Source: an uncultured Gemmatimonadaceae bacterium | Lineage (GTDB): Bacteria > Gemmatimonadota > Gemmatimonadetes > Gemmatimonadales > GWC2-71-9 | NCBI GenBank assembly: GCA_964465315.1 | Contig: CAYXIK010000001.1 | Span: 67,107 to 131,106 of the forward strand | Length of the DNA: 64,000 bases | Reading direction: 5' to 3' | The notes under the pieces: model-generated | The model's database searches: none | Told to the model about the DNA's origin: nothing | Seen by the model: only the letters and a program-made list of their open reading frames with translations | In this document: positions 35,355 through 49,084 of the stretch, one piece after another | How positions within the stretch are numbered: position 1 is the first letter of the stretch | Layout of the letters: the number at the start of each line of letters is the position of its first letter | Position numbers and translations under genes: made by a program

Positions 35355-36297
35355 CGTCCCGGTTGGCGTGCTCGGGGCCTCGGGGTACGTCGGCCAGGAG
35401 CTGCTCCGCCTGCTCACCCGGCATCCGGGGGCCGCGGTGGTGTTCGCCACCGCCGAGTCGGCCGCCGGCGAGCGCCACGAAGGGGTTGAGCTCGTGCGCA
35501 TTTCGGACGCACCGCTCCGGCGGGCGGAGATCGTGCTGTCGGCGCTTCCGCACGGAGTCTCCGGTCGGTACGTGCAGGAGGCCCGGGCGGCCGGGAAGCG
35601 CGCCGTGGACCTGTCGGCCGATTTCCGCCTGTCGCCGGAAGCCGTGTACGGGTTGACGGAGGTCACGCGTCCCCGCCTCCCGGCCGCGGAGCTCGTTGCG
35701 AACCCCGGCTGCTACCCCACCGCCGCCCTCCTCGCGCTGCTGCCGCTCGCGCGACGGGGGCTGATCGACCAGTCGCGTGAAGTGGTGATCGACGCTGCCT
35801 CGGGCGTAACCGGCGCGGGCCGAACTCCCAAGCAGGAGCTGCTGTTCGGCGAGGTGGCCGAGGATTTCCGCGCCTACGCGGTCGGCAACGAGCATCGCCA
35901 TCTCCCGGAACTCTTGGCCACCCTCGAGCGGGAAAGCGACTTCACGGGCGATCTCGTCTTCACGCCGCACTTGCTCCCGGTCAAGCGGGGCATCCTGGAA
36001 ACGATCCACGTGCCGCTCACGCGCCTCCTCGACCGGGCCACGGCTGAAGGGATCTACGAATCCGTGTATCACGACGAGCCCTGTGTGATCGTAATGCACG
36101 CCGCGTTGCCCTCGCTCAAGGACGTCGTCCATCGGAACCGCGTCGCGATCGGGGTCGCGGCCGTTGCGAACGTGCGCCGCCCGCGGCTTACCGTGATCAC
36201 CGCGATCGACAACCTGGTGAAAGGCGCCGCCGGACAGGCAGTGCAGAACATGAACGTGATGCTCGGCCTCGCCGAAACCACGGGGCTCGCGTGCTGA
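35338..36297 (+). CDS. argC: N-acetyl-gamma-glutamyl-phosphate reductase
   Basis: Track ORF 34267..36297 trimmed to ATG 35338. VGVLGASGYVGQELLRLL, active site NPGCYPTA, and C-terminal DNLVKGAAGQAVQNMN. Confidence 0.9.
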   Translation: MNINSRVPVGVLGASGYVGQELLRLLTRHPGAAVVFATAESAAGERHEGVELVRISDAPLRRAEIVLSALPHGVSGRYVQEARAAGKRAVDLSADFRLSPEAVYGLTEVTRPRLPAAELVANPGCYPTAALLALLPLARRGLIDQSREVVIDAASGVTGAGRTPKQELLFGEVAEDFRAYAVGNEHRHLPELLATLERESDFTGDLVFTPHLLPVKRGILETIHVPLTRLLDRATAEGIYESVYHDEPCVIVMHAALPSLKDVVHRNRVAIGVAAVANVRRPRLTVITAIDNLVKGAAGQAVQNMNVMLGLAETTGLAC

Positions 36298-37064
36298 GCG
36301 TCCGCGTGGTCAAGCTCGGCGGCAAAGAGCTCGATCGCCCGACGTGGCTCGACGCGTGTGCGCGGGCTTTGGTGCCGCTCGACCCGGTGGTGGTCGTGCA
36401 CGGCGGCGGCCGCGCCGTGAGCACGTGGTCGGAGCGGCTCGGTCTGCCGGTCGAAAAGCTGGAGGGCCGGCGGGTCACGTCCCCCGCCGTGGCGGAGGTG
36501 GTCGAGCTGGTGCTCGGCGGCCCGGTGAATCGTCGCGTCGTCGCCGCGTTGCGCACGGCGGGGCTCGACGCCGTCGGGCTCTCGGGCGTAGACGGCGGGC
36601 TCCTCACCGCCCAGCCGGCGGGGGGGGCGGAGGTCCTCGGCCACGTCGGCGAGATCGTCGCGGTGCGCGCCGCGCTGCTCGAAAGCTTTGTGCTCGCCGG
36701 GCTCACGCCCGTGATCGCTCCCATGGCTCCCGACGCCGGAGACGGCTCCGCCACGCCGCTGAACGTGAACGCGGACGAGGCGGCGGCGGCCGTCGCGGGA
36801 GCGTTACGCGCCGCCGAGCTGCTCTTCGTTTCGGACGTCCCGGGCGTCCAGGTCGACGGTCTCGTGCAGCCGGTGCTCGACGGGGCCGACGTCGACTCGC
36901 TCATCGAGATCGGGGCGGCCTCCGAGGGCATGGCCGTGAAACTCCGAGCGGCGGGGGTCGCCCTCCGGACCGGAGCGCGGGCCGTCCGGATCGGAGACCT
37001 GCACATGCTCAGCGACCCCCGGGCGGGGACGCGCATCCTCGCAATCGCGGCTCAACCAGCGTGA
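36291..37064 (+). CDS. argB: Acetylglutamate kinase
   Basis: 257 aa with VVKLGGKEL, VVVHGGG and NVNADEAAAAVA motifs. The GTG start overlaps the argC stop. Confidence 0.9.
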   Translation: MLSVRVVKLGGKELDRPTWLDACARALVPLDPVVVVHGGGRAVSTWSERLGLPVEKLEGRRVTSPAVAEVVELVLGGPVNRRVVAALRTAGLDAVGLSGVDGGLLTAQPAGGAEVLGHVGEIVAVRAALLESFVLAGLTPVIAPMAPDAGDGSATPLNVNADEAAAAVAGALRAAELLFVSDVPGVQVDGLVQPVLDGADVDSLIEIGAASEGMAVKLRAAGVALRTGARAVRIGDLHMLSDPRAGTRILAIAAQPA

Positions 37065-38236
37065 CCGCGACGCCCACGCTGCCCGCAGCTCCCGCGCCGG
37101 CGTTGCTCGACGTGTACGCCCGCGTCGGGCCGCTGCTGGTGAGTGGCCAGGGTGCGGAGCTCGTTGCCGAAGACGGGACCCGCTACCTGGACTTCGTGGC
37201 CGGGATCGGCGTGAACGCGCTGGGCTACAATCACCCGGTTATCCGGGGTGCCCTCGAGCGGGCGCTCGGCACGGGGCTGATCCACGTCTCCAACCTGTAC
37301 CGGACAGAACCGGGAGAGCGGCTCGCGGAGGAGCTGACGGCCCGCTCGTTCGCGGACCGCGCCTTCTTCTGCAACTCGGGCGCCGAGGCGAACGAGGCGG
37401 CCTTCAAATTCGCCCGCAAGTGGTCGGGCAAGAGTGAAATCGTCGCATTTTCGGGGTCCTTTCACGGGCGCCTGTTCGCGACGCTCGCCGCCACCGACCG
37501 CGCCGACTATCGGAAGCCCTTCGAGCCGCTCGTGCCGGGGATCCGGATCGTGCCGCGCGAGGAGTGGGCAGCCGTGGATCACGCCATCTCGGCTTCCCGC
37601 ACCGCGGCGGTCATTGTAGAACCGGTGCAAGGGGAGGGCGGTGTCCGGCCGTTGGATCCGGAGTGGCTGGGCTTCGTGCGTGAGCTGTGCGACTCGCGCG
37701 GTGTGGCCGTGATCTTCGACGAGGTGCAGTGTGGCCTCGGGCGGACCGGAACCTTGTTTGCCTACGAGCAGACGGGCATCGTCCCCGACATCCTGACGCT
37801 GGCCAAGCCTCTCGCGGGCGGCCTGCCGATGGGGGCGGTGCTCGTGACGAACGCAGTGGCCGCGGCGCTCAAGCCGGGCGACCACGCCACCACGTTCGGT
37901 GGCGGGCCGCTCGTGGCAAGCGTGGCGCTCGACGTGGTCCGCACCATCGCCGATCCGACGTTCCTCGCCGACGTCCAGCGCAAGGGTGAGTGGCTGGGCG
38001 CGCGGCTCCAGCGGCTGGGCGTGGTAACCTCTTGGGTAAAGGATGTCCGCGGGCGTGGGTTGTTGTGGGGCCTCGAGCTCGCCGAGGCGGCGGCGCCATT
38101 CGTCGCGGCAGCGCGCGAGCGCGGCCTGCTCGTGCTCACCGCGGGTCCACAGGTGATCCGATTGATTCCCCCCCTCGTGATCACGGACGCCGAGCTGGAG
38201 CGGGGAGTTGCGATCTTGGAGGACGTGCTGGCGTGA
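37061..38236 (+). CDS. argD: Acetylornithine aminotransferase
   Basis: Track ORF 36344..38236 trimmed to GTG 37061 (GTGA overlap). NSGAEANEAA, DEVQCGLGRTG and TLAKPLAGG (PLP Lys) motifs. Confidence 0.9.
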   Translation: MTATPTLPAAPAPALLDVYARVGPLLVSGQGAELVAEDGTRYLDFVAGIGVNALGYNHPVIRGALERALGTGLIHVSNLYRTEPGERLAEELTARSFADRAFFCNSGAEANEAAFKFARKWSGKSEIVAFSGSFHGRLFATLAATDRADYRKPFEPLVPGIRIVPREEWAAVDHAISASRTAAVIVEPVQGEGGVRPLDPEWLGFVRELCDSRGVAVIFDEVQCGLGRTGTLFAYEQTGIVPDILTLAKPLAGGLPMGAVLVTNAVAAALKPGDHATTFGGGPLVASVALDVVRTIADPTFLADVQRKGEWLGARLQRLGVVTSWVKDVRGRGLLWGLELAEAAAPFVAAARERGLLVLTAGPQVIRLIPPLVITDAELERGVAILEDVLA

Positions 38237-38748
38237 GCGCTATGCACGCTGCGGAGCGTACCTCTCCCCTGTCCCCTGTCTCCGGTGTCGTCGTGCGGGG
38301 GGCGGCGCTCGCCGACGTCCCCCAGTTGGCATCGCTCATGTCTCCCTTCATCGCCACCGGCGACCTGTTGCCGCGTAGCAACTACGACCTGTGTCGGCAT
38401 ATCAAGGAGTACGTGGTTGCGGAGGCGGCGGGCGGCCGGGGCGAGGTCCTCGCGTGCGGATCGCTGAAGATCTACTCGCAGCGGCTGGGGGAAGTCGCGG
38501 GGCTCGCCGTCCGGCATGAGTGGCAGGGGGCGGGGCTCGGCCGCGCGGTGGTCGAGGCCCTCATCCTCGAGGCCCGCGCGCACGGCCTCACCGAGGTCCT
38601 CGCGCTGACACGCAAGCCCGCCTTCTTCTTCAAACTCGGTTTCGCCCCCGCCGAGCGGGAGCACTTTCCGCTCAAGGTGTGGGCGGATTGCGCGAAATGT
38701 CCGCGGCAGACCTGCTGCGACGAGATTGCGGTTGTCCTGACGCTCTGA
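38233..38748 (+). CDS. GNAT N-acetyltransferase, probable short-form N-acetylglutamate synthase
   Basis: Track ORF 37990..38748 trimmed to GTG 38233 (GTGA overlap) or ATG 38242. Acetyl-CoA motif WQGAGLGRA. It is the last gene of the arg operon. Confidence 0.7.
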   Translation: MSAMHAAERTSPLSPVSGVVVRGAALADVPQLASLMSPFIATGDLLPRSNYDLCRHIKEYVVAEAAGGRGEVLACGSLKIYSQRLGEVAGLAVRHEWQGAGLGRAVVEALILEARAHGLTEVLALTRKPAFFFKLGFAPAEREHFPLKVWADCAKCPRQTCCDEIAVVLTL

Positions 38749-38755
38749 CAGATTG

Positions 38756-38779
38756 CGCCTCGCCTCTAGAGGCAAGGCG
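38756..38779 (+). terminator. GC-rich hairpin 8 nt after the arg operon stop (contains the 12-nt palindrome GCCTCTAGAGGC); no U-tract
   Basis: CGCCTCGCCT-CTAG-AGGCAAGGCG, with one C/A mismatch. Confidence 0.3.
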
Positions 38780-38782
38780 GTC

Positions 38783-39841
38783 GTGCAGGGCTCCGTCCAC
38801 AAGAAGATCATCTTCGCCGGCTTCGGGTGCGCGGGCGTGTTCGTTATCCTCGCGGCCATCGCCTTTCTCCTGGCGCCGCGCTCTGAGTTCGACCACCCGA
38901 GCGAGCCGTTGTTCGCGCCTCTACAGGCGTCCGCAGCGCGGGACTCCCTCCAGGCGCTTCGGTCGCGTTTCGCCGCCCCGCGGCGGATTACCGCCGATCG
39001 ACCCGACAGCAGCGCCTGGCGATTGGCCCTACTCGAGATGCGCACGGAGCGTCCCTTAATCGGTATCCGGGCCCTGCCGTACGGCGACACGTTCCCCGCC
39101 AGCACCGACGAGCGCAGAGAATGGATCGGATCCGCTGATTGGCGCGCGGTCCTCGTGCTGCTCGGGCGCGCAGCGGCACGCGGCGACCGACGGGACACGG
39201 CGCAGGCGTTGGATCAGATGGACGCGAATCTGATCCTTTCGGTCACGCGCGCCCTGCACGCGCGGGCGCGTAGCGCCCTGACCGCGCCACCGAAGTTGGA
39301 CGAGGCCGGCGCCGCCGAGCGCGTGGCGATCTCGATCGGTCGCGGGCTCGAAGCCGAGCCCGACCTGGTGCACGTCCTGCTCGGCGCGCGCGTCATGCGG
39401 GACGAGCGGCAATTCCTCGCCACGGTACCGGCGCTGTCCAGCCGGCTCGGCGTTCGAGACCCCGCCGCCGCGCTCGCTCGTGGCGATTCGGATCTGATCG
39501 AGCTGCGGGCCGTGCGCCGCTGGATGCCCGTCGCGGGATCGCTTGCCGCCAACGCTGCGGCGCTCGCGTCCTGGGCACGGGATACGGCGCTCCTCCCGGC
39601 GGTCCGGCGCGAAGCCGTGGAAGCGATCTCCTATGGCTGGGTGTTCAACGCACGGGAACCGTTGTACGGCCTCGGCTCCGAGCGAACAGGCACCCTGGCA
39701 GCGCTCGCGGCGCTGGATCTGCCCGCACCCGTCGCCACCGCCGTGCGCGACGGGCAAGCGGTGCAGCGACTCGGCGTAGCGCAACGATTTGCCCGTTCCG
39801 TCGAATACCGCACCGCGCGTGACGGCGCGCCTCGTTTCTGA
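38783..39841 (+). CDS. Hypothetical membrane-anchored protein
   Basis: Track ORF 38753..39841 (TTG start). GTG 38783 lies just after the hairpin and gives VQGSVHKKIIFAGFGCAGVFVILAAIAFLLAP (N-terminal TM). The remainder is Ala/Arg/Leu-rich and looks helical. No motif recognised. Confidence 0.5.
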   Translation: MQGSVHKKIIFAGFGCAGVFVILAAIAFLLAPRSEFDHPSEPLFAPLQASAARDSLQALRSRFAAPRRITADRPDSSAWRLALLEMRTERPLIGIRALPYGDTFPASTDERREWIGSADWRAVLVLLGRAAARGDRRDTAQALDQMDANLILSVTRALHARARSALTAPPKLDEAGAAERVAISIGRGLEAEPDLVHVLLGARVMRDERQFLATVPALSSRLGVRDPAAALARGDSDLIELRAVRRWMPVAGSLAANAAALASWARDTALLPAVRREAVEAISYGWVFNAREPLYGLGSERTGTLAALAALDLPAPVATAVRDGQAVQRLGVAQRFARSVEYRTARDGAPRF

Positions 39842-39909
39842 GGCCCGTTGACAGCCTTCACGACGCGCGTGGAGATTCCCCGGACGAGAGAGCGGATGAG
39901 GAGAGCACC

Positions 39910-40575
39910 ATGCCACGCGTCATCTTCTGGGACGTCGACACCCAGTACGACTTTATGCACGCTGACGGCAAGCTGTACGTGCCCGAGGCGGAGCGCATCA
40001 TCGGTAACCTGGAGCGCCTTACGGACTACGCGCACGCGAAGGGCATCCGGATCATCGCCAGCGCCGACGACCACGTGCCGGCTGACGCCGAGATCTCCGA
40101 CGCACCCGACTGGGCGACCACGTTCCCGCCCCACTGCATGCGCGGGACCCCGGGCCAGAAAAAGATTCCGGAGACCGGGCTCACGGACCCCCTGGTGATC
40201 GAGCCCGAGCGGACCGATGGCAAGGCGCTGGGCGAACGGGTACGTGGGCACAAGGGGGACGTCCTCTTTCAAAAGCACCGTTTCGACGTTTTCACCAACC
40301 CGAACGTCGTGACGGTGCTGAACGTGCTCGCACCGGACGATATCGTGCTGTACGGCGTGGCGACCGACGTGTGCGACAAGGCGGCGGTGGAAGGGCTGCT
40401 CGAACGGCGGCCGCACACCCGGCTCTTCGTCGTCACGGACGCGGTGAGGGGGATCGATAAGGATGCCTCGGAGCAGCTGTTGAAGGACTGGGGGGATGAA
40501 GGTGTCCGGCTCGTGAAGACGAAGGAAGTGGTCGAGGAGGGGCTCGTCGAAGAGCTCGCCCGCGCCACCGCATGA
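39910..40575 (+). CDS. Isochorismatase-family cysteine hydrolase (nicotinamidase-like)
   Basis: 221 aa with IFWDVDTQYDF, a FxKxRFD-type segment KHRFDVF, and GVATDVCD with the catalytic Cys. Confidence 0.75.
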   Translation: MPRVIFWDVDTQYDFMHADGKLYVPEAERIIGNLERLTDYAHAKGIRIIASADDHVPADAEISDAPDWATTFPPHCMRGTPGQKKIPETGLTDPLVIEPERTDGKALGERVRGHKGDVLFQKHRFDVFTNPNVVTVLNVLAPDDIVLYGVATDVCDKAAVEGLLERRPHTRLFVVTDAVRGIDKDASEQLLKDWGDEGVRLVKTKEVVEEGLVEELARATA

Positions 40576-41665
40576 CCGCATCCCCGCCCGTCGCGCCGCC
40601 CGCCTTCGGGCGGTTTTTTCTGCCCGGCCCCACCGACGTCCACCCCGAGGTCCTCGCGGCTATGCAGCGGCCGATGATCGGACATCGTTCGGGCGCGATG
40701 GAGCAGCTGCTCGCCGGGCTCGATGCGCCCCTGGGCAAGCTGTTCCGCACGTCCCATCCCGTTCTTGTAGGCACGACGTCGGCGACCGGGTTCATGGAGA
40801 TGGCGGTCCGAAACGGCGTACGCCACCGGGCGCTGTCCCTGGTGAACGGCTCGTTCAGCGAGCGGTTCGCCAACCTGGTGCGCGCCTGCGGCAAGGAGTG
40901 CATCCGGCTCGACGTGCCCCTCGGCTGCGCCGTCGAGCCCGACATGCTCCGTGACGCGCTGCGGCGCACCCCTGTCGATGCGGTCACCGTGGTGCACTCG
41001 GAGACGTCCACGGGCGTGCTTCAGGACGTCGCCGCCCTCGCCGCCGTCGTCCGCGAGTTCGATGACGTGCTGCTCCTGGTCGATGCCGTCACCTCACTCG
41101 CCGGTTCTCCGGTGGAAACGGACGAGTGGCAGCTCGACTTCGTGCTCACAGGCTCGCAGAAGGCGCTGGCGCTGCCGCCCGGCCTGGCGCTGGGCGCGGC
41201 CTCCGACCGCATGCGCGAGCGCGCCAAGACGCTCCCGGGACGCGGGCTTTATTTCGACCTGATCAGCTTCCTCGAAGCCACGAGCAAACACCAGCCGACC
41301 AACACCCCCGCGATATCCCTGCTGTTCGCCCTCCAGGCCCAGCTAGCGCGCATCGAGTGCGAGGGCGGTGTGGAGGGGCGGTGGCGCCGCCATGAAGCAA
41401 TGCGCCGTCGCGTGGAGGAATGGAGCGAGCGGCGCGGCGTGACTTATTTGCCGCGCGATGGGCGCCACAGCTGGACGGTGTCGTGCCTGAACCTGCCGCA
41501 GGGCAAGACCGCCAAGGAGATCGTCGGGGGCTTGAAGCAGGCCGGGTGGACGATCGGCTCGGGTTACGGACCGCTCAAGGAGTCCACGATCCGCATCGGC
41601 CACATGGGCGATCACACCGTGGGAGCACTCGAGGAGCTCTTGGCGCTCGTGAACGGTCTCCTGGC

Positions 41666-41669
<4 letters not shown>
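40572..41669 (+). CDS. Class-V aminotransferase (AGXT/SerC-like; probable phosphoserine or serine-glyoxylate aminotransferase)
   Basis: 365 aa with FLPGPTDVHPEVLAAM, HSETSTGV, DAVTSL and GSQKAL (PLP Lys). It is translationally coupled to serA. Confidence 0.8.
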
Positions 41670-45399
<3,730 letters not shown>

Positions 45400-45437
45400 T
45401 TACCCGGCGAGGCAAGCCTGTTTAGTTTCATAGACTT

Positions 45438-47855
45438 ATGACCCAGGTGCCGAACTACGACCCCGCGGCCGTTGAGGCCCGGTGGCAGGAGCGGTGGGCG
45501 CGGGAGCGCGTCGACGAGCCGGACATGGACCGGCTCAATCGACCGTTCTACAACCTCATGATGTTCCCCTACCCGTCGGCCGAAGGGCTACACGTGGGCA
45601 ACATGTTCGCGTTCACCGGGGCCGACATCTACGGCCGATTCAAGCGGCTCAGCGGGCACGACGTGTTCGAGCCGATCGGCTTCGACGCGTTCGGCATCCA
45701 TTCGGAGAACTACGCGCTGTCGGTGGGCACGCATCCCGGCAAGCTCATCCCCCAGAATATCGAGACGTTCCGTCGCCAGCTGCGGCGGTTCGGCGGGATG
45801 TTCGACTGGCGGCACGAGCTCTCGACGACTGATCCGCGCTACTACAAGTGGACGCAGTGGATCTTCTTGCAGCTCTTCAAAGCGGGGCTGGCGTTTCGCA
45901 AAAAGGCGGCGGTCAACTGGTGTCCAAAGGACATGAGCGTCGTGGCCAACGAGCAGGTGATCAACGGCTACTGCGAGCGCCATCCCGACACGAAGGTGGA
46001 GCTACGATACCTGGAGCAGTGGTTCTTCGCGATCAGCAAGTATGCCGAGCGCCTGCTCAAGAACCTCGACTGGCTCGACTGGTCGGACTCGACCCGCGCC
46101 CTTCAGCGAAACTGGATCGGCCGGAGCGAGGGGGCGGAGTTCGTGTTCGAGACACCGGCGGGCCTGAAGATCACGGTCTTCACCACGCGTCCTGATACGG
46201 TCTTCGGCGCCACGTACATCGTACTCGCTCCCGAGCACCCGTTCGTGGACCAGCTCACGGCGGACGAGCAGCGTCGCTCCGTGAACGCGTACCGTCGCGA
46301 GGCCCAACGCATGGACATCGTCTCGCGGAAGGTGGCGGGCGAGAAGTCGAAGACAGGAGTCTTTCTCGGCTCGTATACCCGCAATCCCGCCACGGGTGAG
46401 GCGATCCCGATCTGGATCGCGGATTACGTTCTGATGGAATACGGCACCGGGGCGATCATGGCGGTGCCGGCGCACGACAAGCGCGACTTCGAGTTCGCCA
46501 CCCAGTTCGGGCTGCCGATCCGCGAGGTCGTGCGCACCGGCGAGCCGCTGCCGAGCGTGTCCGACGACGGCGTCCTCCTGAACTCAGGACCGTTCGACGG
46601 CATTCCGTGCCGCGAGGCGGGACCCCGTATCGTCGCCTCGCTCGAGGCGAAGGGGCTCGCCAGGCCACAGGTGCAGTACCGGCTACACGACTGGTGCATC
46701 TCCCGCCAGCGTTTTTGGGGCCCACCGATTCCGATCATCTACTGCGACCGCTGTGGGCCGGTCGGCGTTCCGGAGAAGGACTTGCCGGTCGAGCTTCCGT
46801 TCATCGAGGACTTCCGCCCCAACGCGAGCGGCGTGTCGCCGCTCGCCCGCCACAAGGAGTGGTACTTTGTGAAGTGCCCGCGGTGCGGCGCGCAGGGGCG
46901 GCGCGAGACCGACGTCTCGGACACGTTCCTGGACTCGGCGTGGTATTACCTGCGCTATCCCTCCACCGAGTTCGACGACCGGCCGTGGGACGCGACCCGC
47001 ACCAAGACGTGGCTTCCGGTGACGAGCTACATCGGGGGGAACGAGCATGCCGTCCTGCACCTCCTGTACTCCCGCTTTATCACCATGGTGCTCCAGGAGC
47101 TCGGGCACGTCGCATTCGAGGAGCCGTTCCCCAAGTTTCGGGCGCACGGGCTCATCATCAAGGACGGCGCGAAGATGTCCAAGTCGCGCGGCAACGTGGT
47201 GATCCCCGATGCTTACATCCAGAAGTGGGGTGCGGATACGTTCCGCATGTACCTGATGTTCCTCGGCCCGTTCCGGGAGGGCGGGGACTTCCGCGACGAG
47301 GGGATCACAGGGATCCGGCGCTTTCTCGAGAAGGTGTGGCAGCTGGCGCACGAAGCCGCCGCCATCGCTCCGGGCGCGAGCCCGGCGTTACCCGCCCCCG
47401 TCGAGCGCAAGCTCCACCAGACGATCCGGAAGGTCACGGCGGACACCGAGACCCTCGACTACAACACGGCGATTGCGGCGATGATGGAGTACGTGAACGT
47501 CGTCCGAGACGAGCACGTGTCGAGCCGCGAGGCGATCGCGGCGCTCCTCCTCATGCTCGCGCCGTACGCGCCGCACCTCGCCGAAGAGCTCTGGTCCGGC
47601 CTCGGCCACCCGCAGTCGATCTTCCGGGAGCGCTGGCCGGCGTTCGACGAGCGCCTGGCGGCCGCGGGCGACGTCGAGGTGGTGGTGCAGGTGAACGGAA
47701 AGGTGCGCGGGCGCGTGAGCGTGAAACGGGGCGCGACCGAGGCGGAGGTGGTCGCGCGCGCCATGCAGGACGAATCGGTGAAGAAATTCGTGGACGGGAG
47801 CTCCGTCCGAAAGACGATCTATGTCCCGGACCGGGTGCTGAACCTCGTGGTCTAG
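45438..47855 (+). CDS. leuS: Leucyl-tRNA synthetase
   Basis: 805 aa. HVGN (HIGH) motif in PYPSAEGLHVGN, the CP1 editing domain, and KMSKS. Confidence 0.97.
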   Translation: MTQVPNYDPAAVEARWQERWARERVDEPDMDRLNRPFYNLMMFPYPSAEGLHVGNMFAFTGADIYGRFKRLSGHDVFEPIGFDAFGIHSENYALSVGTHPGKLIPQNIETFRRQLRRFGGMFDWRHELSTTDPRYYKWTQWIFLQLFKAGLAFRKKAAVNWCPKDMSVVANEQVINGYCERHPDTKVELRYLEQWFFAISKYAERLLKNLDWLDWSDSTRALQRNWIGRSEGAEFVFETPAGLKITVFTTRPDTVFGATYIVLAPEHPFVDQLTADEQRRSVNAYRREAQRMDIVSRKVAGEKSKTGVFLGSYTRNPATGEAIPIWIADYVLMEYGTGAIMAVPAHDKRDFEFATQFGLPIREVVRTGEPLPSVSDDGVLLNSGPFDGIPCREAGPRIVASLEAKGLARPQVQYRLHDWCISRQRFWGPPIPIIYCDRCGPVGVPEKDLPVELPFIEDFRPNASGVSPLARHKEWYFVKCPRCGAQGRRETDVSDTFLDSAWYYLRYPSTEFDDRPWDATRTKTWLPVTSYIGGNEHAVLHLLYSRFITMVLQELGHVAFEEPFPKFRAHGLIIKDGAKMSKSRGNVVIPDAYIQKWGADTFRMYLMFLGPFREGGDFRDEGITGIRRFLEKVWQLAHEAAAIAPGASPALPAPVERKLHQTIRKVTADTETLDYNTAIAAMMEYVNVVRDEHVSSREAIAALLLMLAPYAPHLAEELWSGLGHPQSIFRERWPAFDERLAAAGDVEVVVQVNGKVRGRVSVKRGATEAEVVARAMQDESVKKFVDGSSVRKTIYVPDRVLNLVV

Positions 47856-48970
47856 GGGATCTTCGCGATCAGGTCGCCCACGACGTAGCCGACACCTGCC
47901 ACGCCCAACCCGATCACGAACATGTCGATGCCGCTGCGGATCACGCCGCGCCCTGTGAAAAAGCTCCGTGCCGCCCCCACCGCGAAGTGCGACAGCATCG
48001 CGACCGTGAACGCCGTCCACACGGCTGTCCGCCCGGGGAAGGCGAGAAACGGCGCGACGGGGATGAACGCCCCAACCGCCGTAGCGACGCCCGTCACCCA
48101 ACCTTCTCTGAACGGTGTCGCGTGCGCCTCGCCTATCTTCAGCTCCTCACGCACCTGCTCGTCCAGGGCTCGCTTCGAGTCGCGCATCACCTCGGCGGCC
48201 ATCTTGCGGGCGATGCCCGACTCGATCCCCTTCGTTTGATAGACGAGCGCTAACTCTTCCTCCTCCACTTCCGGCATGATGCGGATCTCTTCTTTCTCCA
48301 TGGCAATTTCGTGCTCGTACACCTCCTGCTCGCTTTTCGCGGCCAGGTAGCCCGACGCGCCCATCGAGAGCGCGTCAGCGATCATCCCCGCGAGCCCGGA
48401 GAGCAGCACGATGTGCGGCGATACGTCGGCGCCGATCACGCCCGCCACGAGCCCAAAGTTCGCGGTGAGACCGTCGTTGAACCCGTAGACCACGTTCCGC
48501 AGGAAGCCCCCGGATCCGGTCTTGTGCCAGGGCTCCGCTGCCCGGCCGGCGAGCTCCGCGAGCGTCTCGGCGTGCGCCGCTGATTCCTTGGCGAGCTTGA
48601 GCGAGACGTCCCGCGCGTCGTCGAAGGTCGCTTCCTTGTGAAGGTCCATGTACCCCTTCACTTCCTGCCCCTCCTCCCGCAGCAGCAGAGGCAAGAGGTA
48701 ATTGGACCCAAAGCGCCGCCCGAACCACGCCCGGAGCCGCGCGTTCAGCGACGGCCGCGGCCGCCCGACCGCGTGTCCGTGCTCGGTGAGCAGCTTCTCC
48801 CACAACTGCACGTGACGCTCTTCGACGCCAGCGAGCTTGATGTAGACGTCCTTCCGCTTCGGGTCCTGTTCCTGACCGGCGAGGACGAGATAGAGGTAGG
48901 CGGCGTCGAACTCGTCTTGGAGGTGGTGCAGCCAGGTATGCAACGTGACGGAATCGAGGGTGACGGCCAT
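47852..48970 (-). CDS. Ferritin-like (erythrin) domain fused to a VIT1/CCC1 iron transporter (MbfA-like)
   Basis: Trimmed to ATG 48970. An N-terminal four-helix domain with ExxH pairs (EERHVQLW, ESAAHAE), then the VIT1 motifs VYGFNDGLTANFGLVAG and five TM helices. Confidence 0.8.
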   Translation of the reverse strand: MAVTLDSVTLHTWLHHLQDEFDAAYLYLVLAGQEQDPKRKDVYIKLAGVEERHVQLWEKLLTEHGHAVGRPRPSLNARLRAWFGRRFGSNYLLPLLLREEGQEVKGYMDLHKEATFDDARDVSLKLAKESAAHAETLAELAGRAAEPWHKTGSGGFLRNVVYGFNDGLTANFGLVAGVIGADVSPHIVLLSGLAGMIADALSMGASGYLAAKSEQEVYEHEIAMEKEEIRIMPEVEEEELALVYQTKGIESGIARKMAAEVMRDSKRALDEQVREELKIGEAHATPFREGWVTGVATAVGAFIPVAPFLAFPGRTAVWTAFTVAMLSHFAVGAARSFFTGRGVIRSGIDMFVIGLGVAGVGYVVGDLIAKIP

Positions 48971-49084
48971 GCCGGAAGATAGTCGCAACTTCCAGAATCG
49001 CAATCGGTTAGGCGACTTCACGTCGTTCGCTTGACGTCGTTTCGCGACGCCTTTCGTAGTTCACGCATCTTTGTATGTCAGGAG

